From: an uncultured Propionibacteriaceae bacterium
GTDB taxonomy: Bacteria; Actinomycetota; Actinomycetes; Propionibacteriales; Propionibacteriaceae
Assembly: GCA_964563205.1 (NCBI GenBank)
Contig: CAZLWS010000003.1
Coordinates: 5,667-48,159 of the forward strand
Direction of reading: 5' to 3'
DNA: 42,493 bases
Positions 24,001 to 33,000 of this stretch are shown here, piece by piece. The stretch's first letter is position 1; each line of letters starts with the position of its first letter. The position numbers and the translations under genes were made by a program. Under the pieces are notes generated by a model. That model worked only from the letters and a program-made list of their open reading frames with translations. It did no database searches and was not told the origin of the DNA.

Positions 24001-27000
24001 GTCGTGCCGATGGTGAAGGCCTGGCGAACGGCTGTGCCGGTGTTGTTGATCTCGACGCCGAGGGTGCCGGTCAGGGTGACGCCGGGGACGCCGACGAGGG
24101 CGACCGTGCCGGAGATGCGTCCGGCGATCTTGGCGGTCGCGCCGGTGCCGAGCACCACGACCAGGGCCTCGCCTCCGGTGACCTTCAGGATGGTGCGGTT
24201 GCCGTCGCCGATGTTCAGCTCGGCGCCGGTCACCGCGATCCGGACGACCTGGCTGGCGGGGACCGCGGGAGCGGAGTCGTCCTCCGGGGTGGCTGGGTTG
24301 TCGGCCCGGGCTGGCAGCGCGTCAGTGGTGAGCTGCTCGACCAGCAGGTTGCCCTTCAGCGACTGCCCGGCGACCTTGAGGGTGACCCCGATCGCCTCGA
24401 CCCGCAGGTACGGGCCGGCGGGCAGCTGCACCGGCACCTGGCCGCCGCCGACGGTGAGGGTCTGGTTCACGGCCGCCGAGGTGGTGTTGACGGCGAGTGA
24501 GACGGCGGCGGCGAATTCAACCTGCGGGACGTTGAGGCTGATCTGCCCGGCGAGCCGTCCGGCGACTCCGGCCGGGGTGATCACGAACAGGCCGGTGAGG
24601 CCGGAGACGACGACCACCGCGTCGGCCGGGGTGCTGCCGCCGAGCCGGACGCTGCCGTCGGCGATGCCGACCCGGACGACCCGGGCGCCGGCGGCGTTGG
24701 TGACCTGCTCGAAGCTGACGTCGGCGGTGATGACCTGGCCGAAGACGGTCAGGTTCAGGTCGTCGCCGCGGACCGCCAGCTTGGGCGAGGCGGGATTGGT
24801 GTCGATCTCGATGGCGACGCTGCCGCTGACGCTGACCCCGGAGACCGCGACCGAGAGCTGGACGGAGATGGACCCGGTCATGCCCGAAGGCCCGAAGACG
24901 AAGCTGCCGGTGGAGCCCGGGGTCTGGCTGACGCTGAGCAGCGGGGCCGCCGTCGTGCCGCCGAGCTTCAGCGCGGCGTTCCGCAGCCGCAGCGTGGTGA
25001 CAGGCCCGACCAGTTCGAGCTCGAAGTCGGCCTGCAGGCTCTGGCCGGCGATGGCGAGGGTGACCGCCGTCCCGGTGACCGCGAGGTAGGTGGCGGGGGT
25101 GGTGGTCCCGGGGACGACGCCGGCCGGGACGACCAGGCTGAGCGGCTCGGCGTCGCCGACCCGGAAGGTCTCGCTGACGGCGGCCGTGCCGGTGTTGACC
25201 AAGACCGCGAGGCTGCCGCTGAGGGTGACGCCGGGGACGTTGAGGGCGATGGCGCCGCTGATCCGTCCGGCCAGCACGCCGCCCTTCGAGATCAGCAGGG
25301 CGGTGCCATTGCTGAGGGTCGCGATCGGGCTGGCGCCGCCGAGGCTGATGCTGACGTTCGTGAGGGCGACCCGCACCACGGGCTGCGGGGCAGGGCCGGT
25401 GGTGGTGGCGCTCTCGAAGGCGATGTCACCGCGGATGGTCTGGCCCAGGACGCCCAGGGTGACGCCGACGCCCTCGACCCGCAGGTAGGGGCCGGCCGGC
25501 AGCACCAGGCTGACAGCCTGGCCGCCGACAGTGACGGACGAGTTGACCGGGGCTGCGGTGTTGTTGACGGCCACTGCCAGGGCGCCGCCGAGGGTGACGC
25601 CCGGCAGGTTGACCGCGACGCTGCCGCCGATCCGTCCGGCGACTCCGGTGGCGGTGACGACCAGGAAGCCGCTGCCGTTGCTGAGGGTGACAACGCCGGC
25701 CAAGTCGAGGCCGACCCCGCTGAGCGCCAGGTAGGTGGTGGCGCTGCCGTCGCCGGCGACCGCCTTCTCGACGACCAGGCGTCCGATCTGCAGCGACTGC
25801 CCGGCGATCGCGAGGGTGAGGTTCGCGACCTCGACCCGCAGCGGGGTGGTGGCGCCGGCGCGGGTGTCGACGGCGACCGTGACTCCGGCGCCGGCCAGCC
25901 CGAGCGCCGGGATCGCCAAGGTGGCGTCCAGTTCGGCGACCAGCCCGGCCGGGGTCATCGAGAAGCTGCCGTTGACGTTGGAGACGGCGACCGCGCCGCC
26001 GAGGTTCAGCGCGGCGTCGGTGATGGTGAGCTTGACGTCGGCGCCGACCATCGAGAAGCCGAAGTCGCCGGTGAGTGACTGGCCGGCGAAGGCGAGGGTC
26101 GCGTCACTGACGGTGAAGGAGGCCTCCGGGCTGGTGAAGACGACCGGGATGCCCGGGTCGCTGCTGCCGGGGATGTTGAGGGTCTCGTTGACCGCGCCGC
26201 CGGTGGTGTTGACCCGGACGCTGGTGGCGCCGGTGATGGTGACGCCCGGGACGCCGATGATCGACACGTTTCCGCTGGCGACCAGGGCGTAGGTAGTGGT
26301 CGCGCCGACGTTGCGGATGAGCGCGATCCGGGCGTCGCTGAGCAGGACGCCGACCGCCAGCGGGTTGATGCCGCCGCCCTCGATCTTGACCGGGCCCTGG
26401 CCGAGGAAGACCATCAGGCCGGTGCCGGCGAAGCGGTCGTTCTCGAAGCTGACGCTGCCTTCGATGGTGACGAAGTCGCCGATGTTGAGGGTGGCTTCGG
26501 AGATGGTGAGCGAGAAGACCGCCTGCGCCGAGGCCGCGAACTTCACCGCCAGGGTGCGGCCATTGAGCAGCACCGAGGTGTCGATCGCGGTGTTGAGGAT
26601 GGTGTTGATCCGCAGCAGCACGGTGCCGGAGGCGTCGATCGGCCCGGCCGAGAGGTTGGCCTTGCCGGAGATGAAGCCGGCCACGCCGCCCGCCCGGATG
26701 ACCAGCAGGCCGGCGCCTTCGGTGAGTTCGTAGGAGCCCGGGTCGCCGATCGCGGTGACGTCGGCGCGGACGTTGCTCAGCGCGATCACGGTCTCGGTGA
26801 CGCCGGCGCTGGTCGACTGCGCGAAGGCGAAGTCGCCGGTGAGCTTGCCGAGCGAGCCGATCGTGATGCTCAGGTTAGTGACCTCGACGGCGAGGTGTCC
26901 GGTGGCGGTGTTGACGGTGACCTTGACGGCGCCGGTGGTGTTCAGCAGGCCGGGCACCACGATGGCGGCCTGGGCGCTGATCGTCCCGCTGAGGCCGGCG

Positions 27001-30000
27001 GCGGCGACGGTGAGGTCGGCGGCCCCGCCGGTGACGGTGACGAAGCCGCCGAGCGCGAGCGAGGCGCCGGTGACCGAGAGCCGGACGCTGCCGTCCGCGG
27101 CTTGGGAGAACCACAGCGAGTCGACGTGCAGGGTGACGCCGGCGATCGCGATGTCGGTGTTCTCCACGCCGACCTTGAGCTTGGGGTCGCCGACCGGGTT
27201 GAAGATCGCGGTCAGCGTGCTGGTGACGGTGACCCCCGGCACGCCCAGTTCGAGGGCGCCGCTGACGCTGCCGGCCACGCCGGCCGCGGTGGAGGTCAGG
27301 TGGGCCTCGCCGCCGGTGAGCTTCACCAGGCCGCCGCCGAGGGAGAGTTCGGCGTTGGTGAGGTCCACCGTGAGGGTGGTGGGGGTGCTGGCGATGCTGA
27401 GGTCGCCCGACAGGGTCTGGCCGAGGATCGCCAGGCTGATCCCCGTCCCAGTGACCGCGTAGCTCTGGGTGGCGGTGTCGAGCCGGACGGCGAGGCTGCC
27501 GCTGATCGCGACGTTCGGGACGGCGACGGTGATCGTCCCGGAGAGGACGCCGTTGAGATTCGCGCCGTCCGAGACCAGGTGGCCGGCGCCCTTGGTCAGG
27601 CTGATCGCGCCGCCGCCGAGCACGAGGCTGGCGTTGCTGACGGTGACGTCGACGACCGGGCCGGTGGCGCCGGTGGTCTGGGTGAGGGCCAGGTCGGCCT
27701 TGAGCTCCTGCCCGGCGACCGCGATGGTCGCGTTGCTGAGCGCCAGCCGCATGCTGTCGGGGGCGAACTGCAGCTCGACGCCGGCGCCGAGCGTCAGCCC
27801 CGGGATGCTGGTGGTGACGCTGGCGGCGATCGAGCCGCTGATGCCGCCGGCGCCGAGCACGACCGAGCCGGTGGCGATGGCCGCCGTGACCACGCCGCCG
27901 CCCAGGCTGAGCGTGGCGGCCGCGATGGCGACCCGGGTGGTGAGGACGCCGGCGGCGTTCTCGCGGGAGATCTCGAGGGTGCCGACCTGCAGGGTCTGCC
28001 CGGCGATCGACAGGTCGACGCCGGTGAGCACTGCCTTCAGCGGGACGGTGGCGGCCGGCGTGGTGTCGACCTGCAGCGAGACCGTCGCCTCGTTGAGCCC
28101 GAGGGCCGGGACGGAGACCTTGGCGGCCAGGCTGGCGACCAGTCCGGCGGCAGACATGGTCAGCTGGCCGTTGACGGCGGTGAGCGACACCGCGCCGCCC
28201 AGCGAGAGCGCCCCGTCGGTGACCGTGACAGCAGTGCCGGCGGTGGTGCTGCTGAACCCGAAGGCGCCGGTCAGCGACTGTCCGGCGAAGGCCAGGGTGG
28301 CGTCGGCGACCTGGAACTCGGTCACCCCGGCCGCGAGATTCAACTCGACGTCCGGATCGCCGCCGGCGGCGGGCAGGCTGCCGGTGACCGCGCCGCTGAG
28401 GTCGTTGTACCGGACGGTGGTGACGCCGGTGAGGGTGACGCCCCCGACGCCGATGACACTGACCGTGCCGGTCGCCAGCAGCGCGTACTGGGCGCCGTTC
28501 TTGACCAGCGCGATCCGGGCGTCCCGCAGCAGGACGCCGACTGCCAGCGGGTTGACCTCGCCGTCGTCGGTGGTGGCCGGGCCCTGACCGAGGAAGACCA
28601 TCAGGCCGGTGCCGACCACCGCGTCCACGGCGGTGTCGACGCCGCCGACCTTCACGGTCTGCGGACCGAGAACGAGGTTGCCTTCGATGGTGACGAAGTC
28701 GCCGATCTTCAGAGAGGCCCCGGAGATGCTGATCTCGAGCAGCTGGCTCGCGGTGGGCGCAAACTTCACGTTCAGGGTCTTTCCGCCCAGCGTGACGGCG
28801 GTGTCGATCTCGGTGTTGAGGATCGTGTTGACCTTGACCAGCGCAGTCGCTCCGGCGGTGATCGGCGCGAAATCCGCCTCGAGGGCGCCGGAGACGTAGC
28901 CGGCGACGCCGCCTGTCCGGATCACCAGCAGACCCTCGGCGTCCGTGACGGTGGCGACAGCCGGTGAGCCGACCTTGACGGTGACGCCGGTGAGCGCGAC
29001 CACGGTCTCGACGGCGCCGCCGGTGGTCGACTGGGTGAAGGCGAGGCTGCCGAACAGCGAGCCGATGCCGGAGCCGACCACCAGGGCGTTCGCCTCGGCG
29101 ATCGTCAGTTCGACGCGCAGGTAGCCGGCAGCAGTGTCGATGACGAGCTTGACGGCTGCGCCGGTGAGGTCGATCAGGCCGGGAACCTTGATGGTCGCCT
29201 GGGCGTCGATGGCCGCGCTGACGCCGGTGGGGGCGATGGTCAGGTCGGCGTCCGCGGTGAGCTCCACGAACGGGGTGGCGCCGGAGCCGAAGCTGAGGTG
29301 GGCGTCGTCCAGGTGGAGTGTTGTGGCGCCGAGGCTACGGGAGAAGGTGAGCTCCGCCGCGCTGAGTTCGATGCCGGCGAGCGCGATGGTGACGCCGGTC
29401 GCGCTGATGGTGACCTCATGGGAGGCATCGCCAGCGGTCGGCCCGAAGGTCGCGGTGAAGCTGCCGCCGAGGGCGACGCCGGGGACGTCCAGCTGAATGG
29501 TCCCGCTGACCGTGCCGGTCGGCTTGCTGCCGGCCGCGCTGGGGACGGTGAGGTGTGCGGCCCCCTCGGTGAGCCGGACGACGCCGCCGCCGAAGGAGAG
29601 TGCGGCGTTGCTCACGTCGATGACCAAGCCGGCGCCGTCCTTGGTGATGGCGAGGTCGCCGGTGAGGGTCTGGCCGAAGACGGTGAGGCTGACGCCGGCG
29701 CCCTTGAACGCGACGCTGGTCTCGGGGGCCGGGGCGGTGACGTCCTTGACGTCCAGGCTCAGCGAGCCGGTGAAGGTCACGTTCGGGATGTTCACCGCGA
29801 TCGTGCCGGAGAAGCCGGCGATGACGCCGTCGGCGCCAGAGCTGAGGTGGCCCGCGCCGTCGGTCAGCGTGACCAGCCCGTCGCCGAAGTCGGCCCCAAC
29901 CCCGCTCAGGGTGACCTCGAGGGCGGCGCCCGAGCTGACGATCACCGCGCTGCCGACCGTGAGTCGCTGGCCGGCGATCGTCAGCTCGGCGTTCGTGACC

Positions 30001-33000
30001 GCCACCCGCAGATAAGGCCCACCCGGCAGCCCCCCGACTGCCGCCGGGTGGGTGTTCATCTGCAGCTGGACGCCAGCCGTGACGGTGAACAGGTCGGCGA
30101 AGTCGCCGCTGAACGAAGCCGTCAGGCCGCCGGCCACGCCGCCCGCCGCCACCACCAGTTCCCCGGTGGCCACGGCGACGACCAGCGCTCCCCCACCGAG
30201 CACGAGCTCGGCGCCGGCGACCACGATGCTGGTGGCGGTCGCCGTCCGAGTGAGGGTGAAGGTGGTGACGCTGATCGTCTGTCCGAGGATGGTGAGGTCG
30301 ACGCCGCTGGCCTGGACGCGGAGCCGCACGGCGGCGGACGCCCGGGTGTCGACCTCGACGGTGACGCCGCTGAGGTTGAGGCCGGCGGCCGGAACGGCGA
30401 CCTTGGCCGAGATGCTGGCGACGACGCCCGCCGCGCTCACGGTGAGCGCGGAGCCGATCTCGGTGACCTGGACGCCGCCGAGGTCGATGCTGCCGTTGGT
30501 GACCACGAGCCTCAGGTCGCCGGCCGGGTTCTGGCTGATCGCGATCCGCTCGGCCTGCAGGGTCATGCCGCCGAAGCCGAAGGCGGCGTCGGCGATCGTG
30601 AAGGCGGCCAGGCTGGTCTCGGTGAACTCCACCGGAACGGTCGCGACCGGGTCGCCCGCGGCCGGGATGGTCAGGCTGGCGCTCACGGTCTGCCCGGTGT
30701 TGTTGAACCGGACGGAAGTCGTGCCGGCGATCGTGGCGCCCGGGACGCCGAGGAGGGTGACCGTGCCGCTGGCGACGACCGCGTAAGTCGCGGTGGAGCC
30801 CTCGCCGGCCTGCACCAGGCCGAGCTGGGCGTCGCTGAGCAGGACGCCGACCGCGAGCGGGTTGATCGCGCCGCTGGCGGTGTGGGCAGGGCCCTGACCG
30901 AGGAAGACCTGCAGGCCGGCGCCGGCGAAAGTCTTGACCGTGGTGTCTACGCCCCCTAGCTTCACGGTCTTCTCGGTCAGGGCGATGCTGCCCTCGATGA
31001 CGACGAAGTCGCCGATCCGCAGGGATCCGGCGGTGATGCTCAGGTTGAAGACGGCGGTCGCCGAGGCCGGGAAGCCGACCTTGAGCGTCCGGCCGTCCAG
31101 GTCGACCTGGGCGTCGACCGCGGCATTGAGGATGGTGTTGATCTGCACCAGGGCGGTGCCGCCCACGCTCGCCCCGGCGCCGCCTGCGGTGAGGGCGCCG
31201 GAGACGTACCCCGCGACGCCGCCCGGACGGACGATCAGCAGCCCGGCGCCGTCGCTGAGGGTGGCGCCGCCGGCGGCGATGGAGATCGCCACGCCGCTGA
31301 GCGCCACGACCGTCTCGGTGAGGCCGCCCTTGGTCGACTGGGTGAAGCCGAGCGAGCCGGAGAGGGTGCCGAGGCTGCCGAACTGGATCGGGCTGCCCGC
31401 GGCGACGGCGACCTGCACCCGCAGGTAGCCGGTGGCGGTGTTGACCCCGACGGTCACCGCGGCGCCGGCGATGCTGAGCAGGCCGCCCGGCAGGGTGACG
31501 TTCACGGTCGCGGCGATGTTGCCGGCGACCCCGGCCGGGGTGACGGTCAGGGTGGCCGAGCCGCCGGTGACCGACACGAAGCTGCCGAGGCTGAACGCGA
31601 CGCCGGTCAGCGCGAGGCTGGTGGCGCCGCCGCTGGTGGTGAAGCCGAGGGAGGCGACATTCAGGGCGACGCCGGCGAGGCTCAGCGTGGCATCGCTCGC
31701 GGTGACCGTGAGGCCGCCGGCGGCGGAGTAGGCGATGGTCGCGTTGCCGATGGTCAGCCCGCCGCCGAAGCTGATCGGGCCGGAGAGGGTGAAGTCGAGG
31801 GCGGCCGGATCGGTCGGGACGGCGGCGGTGCGCAGCGAGGTGCTGAGCTGTCCGGCCGAGAGCGTGATGAGCCCGTCGGCGACGCTCGCGGTCACTCCGC
31901 TGGCGGTGATGGTCAGGTCGTTGCCGCTCTGGGCGAGGGTCGCGGAGACGATGCTGAGGCTGGCGGCGGTCCCGACGGCGAGGTGGAAGTCGGTCAGCGC
32001 CACCACCAGCGTCCCGTCGGCCAGCGGCTGGTTCGCCAGCGTGTAGGAGATGGTCAGGGTGGCCGAGCCGGTCACGGCGCCGAGCGCGAGAGCGAAGGTC
32101 CCGGTGATCGCGACCGAGCCGGTGTAGTTGCCGCCGTTCGCGGTGGGCACGGCGGCGACGATGAGCTTGGCGTTGCTGAGGGTGACCCCGGGCAGCAGGT
32201 CGGTGAGGTCGGTCAGGACGTGGGTGCCGGCGACCAGTTCGCCGAGTTTCGGCAGCAGCCAGCCGACGATGCTGTCGAGCGGCGAGCCGGCGGCGTAGGC
32301 GGAGAAGTGCGGCAGGTCGGCGGTCAGGGTGCCGGTGGCCGCGTCGTAGCGGGTGGCCTGCCGCTGCAGGGCGCCGGATTCGTCCAGGTAGTAGATGACG
32401 GAGCCGGCGGCGCTGGCCGGGACGGCGATGGTCAGCCGGGGCGCGATGGCGAAGGTGGAGACGACGGCGCCGGTGGCGGCGTCCCAGGCGTGCAGGTCGT
32501 AGACGCCGGTGGTGAGCCGGAGGCCGGTGACGGTGGCGGAACGCGGGGCGATGGTGACCCAGGCGTTCGACGCGAGGGCGCCGGGGGCGAAGCTGAGGGT
32601 GGCGCCGGGGGCGGTGAGGGTGCCGCCGAGGGCTGCCAGCACCAGGGTGGCGCCGACGGGACGGTTGGTGGCGGTGAGCCGGGTGAGGTCGACGGAGATG
32701 GCTGCGTTGGTGGCGAAGGCCGGTGGGCCGCGTCCGGCGTGGATGACCAGCGGCCCGTCGGTCTGCGCCTGGGAGGCGACGGCCAGCCTGCTCACGTAGC
32801 CGGCGTCGTTGACGGCGACCGTGCGGCCGGTGTCGGCGCTGCCGCCGCTGCCGGCGGTGGCCGCTGAACTGCCGCCCGCGTTGGCCCACAGGTCGGCGCC
32901 TCGCACTGCGTTCAGGTCGAGGCCGGCGGGCAGGTCGACCCGGGCGTCCACCGAGGCGGTGACGCCGGCGAGGGCGGCCAGTGCGATCGGCAGGACGATC

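Noticed and set aside
14155-32889. Alternative-frame minus-strand ORFs (14155-16050, 29416-32889)
   Set aside because: Arg/Pro/His-rich frame-shifted readings of GC-rich codons inside the real gene.
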